Shown here: positions 45,402-53,403 of the stretch, one piece after another | How the letters are laid out: every line of letters begins with the position of its first letter | How positions within the stretch are numbered: the stretch's first letter is position 1 | IMG/VR virus record: IMGVR_UViG_3300046522_000316 | Coordinates: 250,290-314,289 of that record | Source: a virus | Lineage: Duplodnaviria > Caudoviricetes | Reading direction: 5' to 3' (one strand) | DNA: 64,000 nt | Program-made: the position numbers and the translations under genes | Notes under the pieces: model-generated | What the model was told of the DNA's origin: nothing | Databases searched by the model: none | What the model saw: only the letters and a program-made list of their open reading frames with translations

Positions 45402-45676
45402 CTGCTTTTGCGGTGGCTTTCGTTTAGCACCGGGTAGTTCTGGCCGTGGCCGAAAAACTTTCCTGCGGCGTCGAGCCGTGTTTCCGGGGTTACGTGCCAA
45501 ACCTGCATAGGGTTTTGCAGCCGGGTACGTTTCCCGCCCGGAATCTTTTCCAGCGCTTCTTTAACCGTGGAACCGAAACCCCAATCCCCGAAGTCCACGA
45601 CGATAAAGTGGGTCAGTGCAGGATTCAGATTTTCCGGTTTCGCGATTTCGCTGGCCGCGTCTAATTTGCGAGCCAT
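45398..45676 (-). CDS. hypothetical protein, paralog of 50069..50344
   Basis: MARKL...LTHFI...G.WG.G.T..EA...QVW..TPE.R; AAGGAGG SD. Confidence 0.7.
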   Translation of the reverse strand: MARKLDAASEIAKPENLNPALTHFIVVDFGDWGFGSTVKEALEKIPGGKRTRLQNPMQVWHVTPETRLDAAGKFFGHGQNYPVLNESHRKSS

Positions 45677-45719
45677 AAGTTTTTACCTCCTTTCGGTTTT
45701 GGGGTTTCAGTACAACCAG

Positions 45720-45745
45720 CATGCGCACCATTCTAGATGCGCATG
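45720..45745 (-). promoter_or_regulatory. family-C intergenic hairpin (TAGAAT in loop)
   Basis: CATGCGCATC-TAGAAT-GGTGCGCATG. Confidence 0.55.
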
Positions 45746-45759
45746 AGGGTTTATCTGAA

Positions 45760-46197
45760 TCAGGAAAGCGGGTGCGGCTTCCGCATGTGCGGTGGTGGCA
45801 CAGGATCAATATGCGCCTCTACGTCACGATCTAAAACCGTCGCCAGAAGTTCAGCGGCAGAATTTGCAGCGTGACGATAAACGCCGTCGCCTTTTTCCCA
45901 CGTCGCGAAATATGTCGAGCCTTCTAAGCACTCGGCCAGCACTTCGCCCTGTTCTTCGGTTTCGATATAAACCGCCAGCAGTGCGCCGGGGCTGTCGCTG
46001 AACATCGGGTAGAACTTCGCAATTGCGTCATTCAGGCGCTGCGCGTCTAACTGCTGTTCGCGGTCTTCGTCTTCGAAGAGTTCAACCACGTCGTCATCGT
46101 GCAGGCCCCACAAATGTTCTAGGCGGTGCAGAATTACGGCGCGTTGCTGTTTTGTCAGAATGATTTTCTGCGGAAACGGCATTTCACTTACTCCCAT
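45760..46197 (-). CDS. hypothetical protein
   Basis: Tiled ORF. Confidence 0.6.
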   Translation of the reverse strand: MGVSEMPFPQKIILTKQQRAVILHRLEHLWGLHDDDVVELFEDEDREQQLDAQRLNDAIAKFYPMFSDSPGALLAVYIETEEQGEVLAECLEGSTYFATWEKGDGVYRHAANSAAELLATVLDRDVEAHIDPVPPPHMRKPHPLS

Positions 46198-46465
46198 CGA
46201 GTGGTGGTATCGGGGGCACGTTCCAGTCGAGTATCAAAGGCGCCCACAAAATGACAAGGTACAGCCACACGCAAAAGCCAACGAAAAACTTCCAGCGCCA
46301 CGGCATACGTTTCATGCCGTAATAAAGATTGGCGCTCTTTTCATCCGACGCGTGAGTCTGACACACGTAGTAGGTCATGAAAGCGGAAAACACGAAACCC
46401 AAAATTAAATACAGGGCAACGGCAACCGCCAGAACATAACCTAAAGCCAAAAACATTTCGTTCAC
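46184..46465 (-). CDS. membrane protein
   Basis: Two TM helices; GGAGG SD. Confidence 0.65.
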   Translation of the reverse strand: MNEMFLALGYVLAVAVALYLILGFVFSAFMTYYVCQTHASDEKSANLYYGMKRMPWRWKFFVGFCVWLYLVILWAPLILDWNVPPIPPLDGSK

Positions 46466-46812
46466 TCGGCCTCCTTTGGCAGACCGGCGAATATTCCGGG
46501 GCCAGATGTATGTGGTTCCAAACGCAGACCATGCAGACGCGCATAATCCAGTTCACGCGGCGAATATGTACGCTCTTCGGAATCCTGCCCAAAGGCAACC
46601 GATTTGCGAACGGTGATTCCGCCGTCACTGTTCACACGAAACGCCTGCTTACCGAAAACGGGAAAACCGATCAGGGCGCGTTGTGTTTTTGCGTCGAGGC
46701 GGATTTCTTTGTTTTCCAAATCCTGCACAGCGATGGTTTCGAAGAACGAAAGAACGCCTGCGTGATTAGGAACGGCCCAGCTTTCGATTTCGGTGAATTG
46801 CATCCGGCTCAT
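46462..46812 (-). CDS. hypothetical early protein
   Basis: Start MSRMQF after family-A leader. Confidence 0.65.
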   Translation of the reverse strand: MSRMQFTEIESWAVPNHAGVLSFFETIAVQDLENKEIRLDAKTQRALIGFPVFGKQAFRVNSDGGITVRKSVAFGQDSEERTYSPRELDYARLHGLRLEPHTSGPGIFAGLPKEAE

Positions 46813-46901
46813 TGTCAAACTTCCTTAATTGCGTGAGTGTCTAAATCGCAGGCACAGTTTGCCCGCCACCAAAGAATCTCAAAACCGGGTTCCGGTGTCA
46901 A
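46813..46901 (-). promoter_or_regulatory. sigma70-type promoter plus family-A leader
   Basis: TTGACA(46901-46896)-17 bp-GATTCT(46878-46873) with TG; ACACTCACGCAATTAAGGAAG. Confidence 0.6.
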
Positions 46902-47089
46902 CTGGTTTCGTTTTCGGTTTCCGGTTTTGGTTTTGGGTTCAGCTTTTGTTCTAGCTCGCGTTGTGCGCGCTCATAAGGGTTATCCCCGTGGCACTGGCGC
47001 CAAAGCTCTACGCATACGCCTACAACCAGAATCGCACCACAGGCGTATTGCACAAGCTCTAGGATCATTGCCCAAAAGTCGAGGGTCAT
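46898..47089 (-). CDS. small membrane protein
   Basis: TM ILELVQYACGAILVVGVCV; AGGAG SD. Confidence 0.6.
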   Translation of the reverse strand: MTLDFWAMILELVQYACGAILVVGVCVELWRQCHGDNPYERAQRELEQKLNPKPKPETENETS

Positions 47090-47112
47090 GGTTTCCGTCT
47101 CCTATAGAAAGT

Positions 47113-47145
47113 GAAAAGCCGGGAACTGGCCCCGGCTTCGTTTTT
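47113..47145 (-). terminator. intrinsic terminator (possibly bidirectional)
   Basis: GAAGCCGGG...CCCGGC-TTTT with T-runs on both strands. Confidence 0.6.
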
Positions 47146-47146
47146 G

Positions 47147-47599
47147 TCACTGCGCCGTTTTCGACGCTTCCTGTTCTGCTTTCGTTTTGAACTTGCGCAC
47201 ACCGATTTTGCAAAGCTGGCGAATCTTGGAACTGTTATCGACGGTAGGCGACGGTTCGAAATCGTTGGTCACGGTGAAAAGCCATTTGTCAGAAATGCAA
47301 ACCTGATTAAACAGCGGATCAGTTTCCAGCAGCCCGACAAAAAGATCGTCGTTTGCATCCATGATCGTTTTTCCGAAACCACGGCGACCGGTCGAAGGCG
47401 ACACGATATAAAAACGATCCAGCAATTCCACGATCAGCGAACCGTCACCCTCGACAGTTGTGAACAGGTGATTAAATTCTGAATCGCCCCACGAAGTTTC
47501 GCCGGGTTCTTCGCCGTCCGGTTGTGGAATCTTGCAAACCAGTTCGTGGAACGTGAAACCGGCTGGAATTACAAAGTGCGTTAATTTCTGTCCCATCAT
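47147..47599 (-). CDS. hypothetical protein
   Basis: GAGGA SD. Confidence 0.65.
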   Translation of the reverse strand: MMGQKLTHFVIPAGFTFHELVCKIPQPDGEEPGETSWGDSEFNHLFTTVEGDGSLIVELLDRFYIVSPSTGRRGFGKTIMDANDDLFVGLLETDPLFNQVCISDKWLFTVTNDFEPSPTVDNSSKIRQLCKIGVRKFKTKAEQEASKTAQ

Positions 47600-47824
47600 T
47601 TATTCCTCGGGGTTTTTTGGTTCGTTGGGTTTATCCAGCGCTTTCAAAACAGCGACCGCCAGAATGGCCGCTGCTAATTGCGCGTCGAATGCTTTCCGCT
47701 GGCTGTCATAGTAGCGCTTGACTGACAGGGCCTTGGAAACTTCGCACCACGCGAAAATAATCATGCCCAGCAGAATCGCGCCCATGATAATGCGCAGCCA
47801 CCAAATCGGTTCTATTTCGCTCAC
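47600..47824 (-). CDS. small membrane protein
   Basis: Two hydrophobic helices. Confidence 0.6.
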   Translation of the reverse strand: MSEIEPIWWLRIIMGAILLGMIIFAWCEVSKALSVKRYYDSQRKAFDAQLAAAILAVAVLKALDKPNEPKNPEE

Positions 47825-48375
47825 GCTGTTTGTTCCTGACTGGCGATGAATTCTGAGTGCGTGGTGGTGAAACGCAGGTACTCACACGGCACGGCAGTAT
47901 CGGCGCCGAAGTGGTTTGCAGTCTTCAACATGTAGTCTTCCTTCAGCATGGCGAAGAATGCGATGGCGCCCACCACATCATAATTGCGCAGCGCCACACG
48001 TTCGAAAAACAAATCGACGTAAGGCGCGCCGCTGCCACCTTTTGCAAAAACGTAATTCGGTTCCTGCGTGCTGGTGTTGTAAGTCTCACACCACGAATAA
48101 TTCGTGACGTAGGCAATGCGCAGACGGTAGCCGCGTGGGATCGAATGAGAACGCCCGTTGCAGTCGATATATTTCTCGACCGCCATCGGAATCGGTGCAT
48201 CCCATTCGTCTTCGGGCGAAAGATAACGACGCTCGCTTTTCACCGGCTCGGTGATTTGATGCAGCAGGTCGATATTCAGTTGGTCGATTACGGCGCGCAC
48301 ATCGTGGTCGGCGTCGTTCACGTCGATAATTGCTTGGGCCAACAATTTGGTAATCGCTTTCTTTGCAGGGGTCAT
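47821..48375 (-). CDS. hypothetical protein
   Basis: ATGA-coupled ORF. Confidence 0.65.
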   Translation of the reverse strand: MTPAKKAITKLLAQAIIDVNDADHDVRAVIDQLNIDLLHQITEPVKSERRYLSPEDEWDAPIPMAVEKYIDCNGRSHSIPRGYRLRIAYVTNYSWCETYNTSTQEPNYVFAKGGSGAPYVDLFFERVALRNYDVVGAIAFFAMLKEDYMLKTANHFGADTAVPCEYLRFTTTHSEFIASQEQTA

Positions 48376-48866
48376 GGTTTCGTTCCTTCTACGACGGTGA
48401 AATTAGAACGGTTGCCGCGTGCAAAGGCGTCACGCAATTCTGCGCGGTCAATGTCACGCATAATCAGCAGACCGTTTCCTGTTGAGGTGATACGTTGTTC
48501 GAGTTCGGAATATTCAGCGTCCATAATAAATTCGAGCGCTTTCCAAATATCCTGCATCTGGAATTTCAGACGCTGCTTCGTATGTTCTTCGTCGTGCTGT
48601 TCCGTCGTCTTGTTGTACAGGACGATAATCGGCAGGTGGTCGTAATCGAATTCGACGCCAGCTTCTACCAATTTCACGGCGAACATATACGGGCGCATTT
48701 TCAAATCTGCGAATGCGGCGGAACTACGCACGTCCACATTAATTTTGCTGGTGTCAGGTTTCAGGAACGCCCGGAATTTTTCTGACAGGTCTGGATACTG
48801 ACCAATGAGCGACCACACGTCGCCCTGCTCGGGAACCTCAGAAGACAGCACGGTTAAATAAAGCAT
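48372..48866 (-). CDS. hypothetical protein
   Basis: Follows family-B leader. Confidence 0.7.
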   Translation of the reverse strand: MLYLTVLSSEVPEQGDVWSLIGQYPDLSEKFRAFLKPDTSKINVDVRSSAAFADLKMRPYMFAVKLVEAGVEFDYDHLPIIVLYNKTTEQHDEEHTKQRLKFQMQDIWKALEFIMDAEYSELEQRITSTGNGLLIMRDIDRAELRDAFARGNRSNFTVVEGTKP

Positions 48867-48874
48867 GGTTTCAT

Positions 48875-48925
48875 TTCCTTGATAAAGGTCACTACTGACA
48901 AAACCCGCACATGGCGGGCTTGTCG
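48875..48925 (-). repeat. family-B leader
   Basis: AAGCCCGC-CATGT-GCGGGTTTTGTCAGTAGTGACCTTTATCAAGGAA. Confidence 0.75.
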
Positions 48926-48930
48926 TTTTG

Positions 48931-49299
48931 TTACCGGCGCACGCTGCGTTGGCGCGGGTATTTATTTTTCGTTTTCTTCGCCCGCGTGAAAAGCAGCGCC
49001 ATGTTTTCCGGCTGCGACTTTATGTAGCTGTCGTGCCACAGGGCATTGCGCAGCGTGCGCAGATCGCACGGGCCTATATCATCCTTGCCCGGTGTAACGA
49101 GCATGCAGCCATTGCCTTCGTGAGGAATCACGATGGTGGCGCGGGTGAAAATGAACTGGCAAATATCAATCGCCAGATGATCCGCCTCCTGCCGGGTTTT
49201 CAATTCGAACACGGTGTCGAGTGGCCCCGGCACAATGTGCGGGTTAGGTGCGAACAGCGCTTGAATTTGTGGCAGTTGCGAAAGCATGGAATTTTGCAT
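48931..49299 (-). CDS. hypothetical protein
   Basis: GAGGA SD. Confidence 0.55.
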   Translation of the reverse strand: MQNSMLSQLPQIQALFAPNPHIVPGPLDTVFELKTRQEADHLAIDICQFIFTRATIVIPHEGNGCMLVTPGKDDIGPCDLRTLRNALWHDSYIKSQPENMALLFTRAKKTKNKYPRQRSVRR

Positions 49300-49314
49300 G
49301 GTCTGATCCTCAGA

Positions 49315-49518
49315 TTAAATTTTAATTCGTTTCACTTTCACGCACGGGCATTTCGTGCAGTGGATTGTAAAGTTGCGGTGGTGAATCACGCCCGCGTGCG
49401 ACAGGTCAACGTCGATAATGCGACCGTACTGATCCGAACGCCATTTCACGTCCTCAATTCCCACCACGCGGAAATTGTGGTTGCACAGGCCAAGAAGCCA
49501 ACGCAGAATTTTAATCAA
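49315..49518 (-). CDS. small Cys/His protein
   Basis: GLCNHNF...HCTKC. Confidence 0.6.
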   Translation of the reverse strand: MIKILRWLLGLCNHNFRVVGIEDVKWRSDQYGRIIDVDLSHAGVIHHRNFTIHCTKCPCVKVKRIKI

Positions 49519-49994
49519 TTGGCTTTCTCCACGACCGCAACGCGATTGTGTTCACGGCGTGCGTTGCCGTTAGGGCGGCGTGAGTCTTTATCAGCAGCCA
49601 TCCAAACAAATGCAGGCGTGATACGCACAACATAATGCGCGTACAGCGTCGAGCCGCTGCAATCACCGTAGGCCACCAAATCACCGAGGCCGATTTCCAC
49701 GCCGCGCACGTCACGCGGTGCTTTCTCTTTCGCAACACCTTTCTTTTTGGCCGGGGCCTTTGCAGGTTTCGCAATCGGCTTTTCCTGCACAACTTCCCGC
49801 GTGTCCTTCAACCGGCAAATCGCCGCCAGTTCTTCGACCGTCGAAATCGACATATCCGCCACGGAAAGGAAAGCCATAAATTCGGGCGCGTTTCCAGAAA
49901 TGTCGAACAGTGCGTGCCCGCTGCCGTAGCAACGAATTTTCATGTTGCCGGGTTTCAGGCGGCGGTTCACTTTGGCGATGTTGTTCGGGGTCAT
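49515..49994 (-). CDS. hypothetical protein with C-terminal SH3/YopX-like domain
   Basis: DVRGVEIGLGDLVAY; follows family-B leader. Confidence 0.65.
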   Translation of the reverse strand: MTPNNIAKVNRRLKPGNMKIRCYGSGHALFDISGNAPEFMAFLSVADMSISTVEELAAICRLKDTREVVQEKPIAKPAKAPAKKKGVAKEKAPRDVRGVEIGLGDLVAYGDCSGSTLYAHYVVRITPAFVWMAADKDSRRPNGNARREHNRVAVVEKAN

Positions 49995-50001
49995 GATTTT
50001 G

Positions 50002-50060
50002 TTCCTTGATAAAGGTCGATTTGTTTTACTACTGACAAAGCCCGCACATGGCGGGCTAAG
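50002..50060 (-). repeat. family-B leader
   Basis: TAGCCCGC-CATGT-GCGGGCTTTGTCAGTAGTAAAACAAATCGACCTTTATCAAGGAA. Confidence 0.75.
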
Positions 50061-50068
50061 TGTTCAGG

Positions 50069-50344
50069 TCAATTAATTCGCACGGCGGGTTTCTGGCCCA
50101 TCTTGCAAACCAGCGAACCGTTTTCGTTGATGCGCGATTCTGGCGTACACATCCAGATTTGCACATTCTTGGAACGGGTAGGCCCGCAACGTCTTTCGTC
50201 CGACGCTGCAATTGCTTCGTCGAGTGTGGCGCCCTTGCCCCAGTAGCCGGAATCGCACGCGAAAATAAAATGCGTCAGCGACTGGTCAACGGTGGCCGGA
50301 TCAATGCGCAGTTCGAATTTACCCATTTTCAATTTACGAGCCAT
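50069..50344 (-). CDS. hypothetical protein, paralog of 45398..45676
   Basis: Start MARKLK (AAGGA SD); shared motif set. Confidence 0.7.
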   Translation of the reverse strand: MARKLKMGKFELRIDPATVDQSLTHFIFACDSGYWGKGATLDEAIAASDERRCGPTRSKNVQIWMCTPESRINENGSLVCKMGQKPAVRIN

Positions 50345-50345
50345 T

Positions 50346-50606
50346 TTAATTTCCTTGTCCGTGGTCACGATTCAGAACCGCTTCGATACGAATTCTGAGT
50401 GGGTCTTGCATTGGTTTCGAACGGGTGTAGCACTGCGCAATTGTTTCGCGCAGCAATTCCCGCAACTCTTCAACTTCGGTCAACGCTTTGGCCGGGGCGC
50501 CGCGTGGATCTAATCGACCGCACGCCAAGCATTCACCGTAGTACGGATCGGCGTCCGTCACATCACTGCACGCCGGGCAATATTCGTCATCGTGTTCGTT
50601 GCACAT
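50346..50606 (-). CDS. Zn-ribbon/coiled-coil protein
   Basis: CPAC...CLACG. Confidence 0.6.
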   Translation of the reverse strand: MCNEHDDEYCPACSDVTDADPYYGECLACGRLDPRGAPAKALTEVEELRELLRETIAQCYTRSKPMQDPLRIRIEAVLNRDHGQGN

Positions 50607-50609
50607 TGT

Positions 50610-51095
50610 TCAGTCCTCAAAACCGTTCGCTTTGTCGTCAGCGAAAAACGCATGAGGGAATTTGCTGCGATCAAAATTCCCGCCTGCCGGATGCGTGTCG
50701 AGATAAAATTGTGCGCGGCGTTCTGCGGTCATGCCACGACGAATAGATTCTTCCAGATCCCACAATTCTTGCATTTCGTGTTTGTGGATATATTCACCAC
50801 TTGGCTTGCGGCTCAACTCTTCGCGGCGGGCCTGCAATTTGCGGATCAGTTCGAAACCTGCCTGTTCTGGCTTGGGTTCCATTTTTGCAACCAGTTCACG
50901 ACCTTCAGCAACCCACTGATCGAAACCCAAATGGTTCAAGGCGCAAACCACGACGCTGTGAGTTTCGTACAGGCCTTTCGGTTGGTTGTCGTAGGAGAAA
51001 TAATAGTAGCCTTCACCTTTGTGCAAATTCAGGTGGTCGCAGCCGATGGCTTTCATAATGGCGGCGGTGGTAATACGTTTGGTGGTCGTGGTCAT
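50610..51095 (-). CDS. hypothetical protein
   Basis: Follows family-B leader. Confidence 0.7.
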   Translation of the reverse strand: MTTTTKRITTAAIMKAIGCDHLNLHKGEGYYYFSYDNQPKGLYETHSVVVCALNHLGFDQWVAEGRELVAKMEPKPEQAGFELIRKLQARREELSRKPSGEYIHKHEMQELWDLEESIRRGMTAERRAQFYLDTHPAGGNFDRSKFPHAFFADDKANGFED

Positions 51096-51102
51096 TTTTG
51101 CA

Positions 51103-51159
51103 TTCCTTGATAAAGGGCGATTTGTTTTACTACCGACAAACCCCGCACTTGGCGGGGTA
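51103..51159 (-). repeat. family-B leader (compensatory stem variant)
   Basis: TACCCCGC-CAAGT-GCGGGGTTTGTCGGTAGTAAAACAAATCGCCCTTTATCAAGGAA. Confidence 0.75.
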
Positions 51160-51164
51160 GTTGG

Positions 51165-51449
51165 TTAATGCGTTGTCAGGACTTCGCGAATCTCGCCGCC
51201 GTACAGGCCGGACGTTGGTATGCGTTCAATGTCCAGCGGCCAACCCGGACGCCTACGGTTTGAATATTCCGTGTCGGCGTCCATTTCTACGGTGATCGTC
51301 GCCGGGCAATTACTCCAGTAAAGAATTTCCTTCACGGTGCCCGTGCCTTTCGTGCCTTCGCGACTGACGACACGAACACGCGTCCCGGTTTTTATTTCTA
51401 TGTCGTTCTCACTCCAGTAGAAAACTGGAATTGCGTTAGGGCTTGCCAT
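51165..51449 (-). CDS. small SH3/KOW-like protein
   Basis: Start MASPNA; IKTGTRVRVVSREGTKGTGTVKEI. Confidence 0.6.
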   Translation of the reverse strand: MASPNAIPVFYWSENDIEIKTGTRVRVVSREGTKGTGTVKEILYWSNCPATITVEMDADTEYSNRRRPGWPLDIERIPTSGLYGGEIREVLTTH

Positions 51450-51459
51450 GGCGTTCCCC

Positions 51460-51792
51460 TTACAGGTCGTCGCGGTTGATTGTGAATCCCGCACCGTGGC
51501 GGTTAATGATGGTTAAAAGTCTTCCGCCTTCGGGTTCTTTCGGAAGCGGCGCGTCAGGATCATAGGTCGTAAGGTAATCGACAATATCCTGCGGCGTCTT
51601 CCAACCGTGGCCCGCAACGTAACCAACCTTTAGATGGAAATCACGTTCCAGCGACAGGCCCAAAATGTCCAAGTCCACGCGATTCTGAATCAGGTGAACT
51701 AGCGGCGTGTCGAGTTTCACCAGCACCGGATTAGTTGCGGTGGCAGTGGCTACGATTCGAAGCACTTCAGCGGCGATTACTTGCATATCCAT
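51460..51792 (-). CDS. stand-alone ACP-like protein lacking the Ppant serine
   Basis: LDTPLVHLIQNRVDLDILGLSLERDF...GWKTPQDIVDYL aligns to the ACP fold with Ser->Arg38. Confidence 0.65.
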   Translation of the reverse strand: MDMQVIAAEVLRIVATATATNPVLVKLDTPLVHLIQNRVDLDILGLSLERDFHLKVGYVAGHGWKTPQDIVDYLTTYDPDAPLPKEPEGGRLLTIINRHGAGFTINRDDL

Positions 51793-51803
51793 TTGTGCAG
51801 CCC

Positions 51804-52181
51804 TCAGAAATTAATCATACGGTTGGAGCCGGTGCGGCCCATCTTCAAAATCGCACCGTCTTTATAGTAGACCGCGATATTCGTTTCCAGACCTTCGCGG
51901 CTGTAGCAATAGAAGTCGATCACGGCGCGACCGTCTTCAGTCAATGGAACACCAGCACGGAAACCAGCCCACGAAATAAAATCGTTCAGGTCGGTGTCTT
52001 GCCAGTCTTCCGTTTTTGCAACCAGCGCAATGTTCAACGACTGTTCAATTGTGCCGTCTTGCAAATTGATACGCGTGCCGCCTTCCATTCGAGTCAGGCC
52101 CCGAACTTCGCGTTTGGTGAAGTCGCGAATCCGTTTGCATTCGTCGGCGGTCGGTTTCCATACGTTGTGTTTAGCGGCCAT
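51804..52181 (-). CDS. hypothetical early protein
   Basis: Start reassigned to MAAKHN after family-A leader. Confidence 0.7.
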   Translation of the reverse strand: MAAKHNVWKPTADECKRIRDFTKREVRGLTRMEGGTRINLQDGTIEQSLNIALVAKTEDWQDTDLNDFISWAGFRAGVPLTEDGRAVIDFYCYSREGLETNIAVYYKDGAILKMGRTGSNRMINF

Positions 52182-52273
52182 TTCAAACTTCCCTAATTGC
52201 GTGAGTGTAAGATTAGCGGACACAGAAAGTCCGTTGAGGCCCCAAAGGTATCAAAACCCCTATTGAGCGTCAA
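52182..52273 (-). promoter_or_regulatory. sigma70-type promoter plus family-A leader
   Basis: TTGACG(52273-52268)-17 bp-TACCTT(52250-52245) with TG; ACACTCACGCAATTAGGGAAG. Confidence 0.7.
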
Positions 52274-52310
52274 ACAGTTTCTGAAACGGCCCGGAAACCA
52301 AACCGGGGGC

Positions 52311-52345
52311 CAGAAACGACAAAGCCCGCACAGGGCGGGCTAAGT
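52311..52345 (-). terminator. probable intrinsic terminator (family-B type hairpin)
   Basis: AGCCCGC-CCTGT-GCGGGCTTTGTCGTTTCTG. Confidence 0.6.
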
Positions 52346-52390
52346 GGTTGCTATATAGAGAACGTGGCGCTACGGGCGCGGGGCGGGCAT

Positions 52391-52900
52391 CTAGGCTGCT
52401 TCGTTTAGCACAAGCTGCATCGCCTGACGATCCGGGTAGTACGTGGCGACGTGGCGCATGATCGAAAGCGGACGGCCCCACAGTTCCAGATTGCGGCCCC
52501 GGTCGAAATACACGGTGCAAAGTTTTTCACCGGGCAACGGGCCTTTGACGAAACGCAAACCGTCAGCGATTCGCATATGGGCCAATGCCTGTTCTTTTTT
52601 CGCCTGATAGAAATCCGTCGTCGTGTCGGTATCGGTCAGCGTTTGCAACCCGGCAATAAATCCGTGCGTGCTTGTGTTTCGTTTTGCGGCGTCAACCACA
52701 ATGTCATTCATTGGCGTGTGGTCGAAATACGCCAGCGCCTTATTTAGGAAGTCGAGCAATTCATCACGGTCGGCAACGTGCTGCTGATTTTCAAGCAATT
52801 GCAGTTGCTGCTTTGAAATGCACACGTATGCGGCAAGGTCAGCTTGACCAATGGCGAGGCGTTTGCGCCAGACTTGAATTTTGCGGCCTGTTAGTTTCAT
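52391..52900 (-). CDS. XRE/Cro-like HTH protein
   Basis: IQVWRKRLAIGQADLAAYVCISKQQLQLLEN. Confidence 0.7.
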   Translation of the reverse strand: MKLTGRKIQVWRKRLAIGQADLAAYVCISKQQLQLLENQQHVADRDELLDFLNKALAYFDHTPMNDIVVDAAKRNTSTHGFIAGLQTLTDTDTTTDFYQAKKEQALAHMRIADGLRFVKGPLPGEKLCTVYFDRGRNLELWGRPLSIMRHVATYYPDRQAMQLVLNEAA

Positions 52901-52926
52901 GCGGGAAGTCCATTTTATTCGGGCAT

Positions 52927-52955
52927 AAAAAAGCCCCGCACAAGGCGAGGCTTTT
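52927..52955 (-). terminator. intrinsic terminator
   Basis: AAAGCCTCGC-CTTGT-GCGGGGC-TTTTTT. Confidence 0.75.
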
Positions 52956-52968
52956 CCGTTACGGGGTT

Positions 52969-53403
52969 TTACTGCTGGTGATTGGCGAACAGTTCCTGCA
53001 TAAGCGCAGCAGCCTTCACCGGATCAGCATCAGCAGGAATTTCCACGCTGACCAATTGTTTCTTTGCTTTGTTGCGGGTAGTCGTGTTGTAAAACAGATT
53101 GCGGGCATTGTCGTTGATCGACTGCGGTTCACCCGGCCCGGCCAAACGAGTCAGTACCCAAATCTCACATTCGTATTCGCACGCAACCCAGTCGCCGTAC
53201 TTCTTGTGGAAACCGGAACCCGTCAGTTGATCGCAGATTTGTTCCGCGAACTGTGTACGGGTCAGCTTGGAAAATTTCATCGCGCTGAACATTGCACGCG
53301 TGTCGAAGAAAACCGTTGTCTTGTTGGCGATCTTTGCAGCATCCACCATCGAGAGAACTTGGGTTTCAACTTTTGCAATGTCAGCAGGATCGTACTTAGC
53401 CAT
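52969..53403 (-). CDS. hypothetical protein
   Basis: AAGGA SD. Confidence 0.7.
   Translation of the reverse strand: MAKYDPADIAKVETQVLSMVDAAKIANKTTVFFDTRAMFSAMKFSKLTRTQFAEQICDQLTGSGFHKKYGDWVACEYECEIWVLTRLAGPGEPQSINDNARNLFYNTTTRNKAKKQLVSVEIPADADPVKAAALMQELFANHQQ

Noticed and set aside
35536-52345. Repeated hairpin elements as a CRISPR array or REP/IS ends
   Set aside because: Copies are dispersed singly in intergenic gaps, with no regular spacers and no cas or transposase genes.
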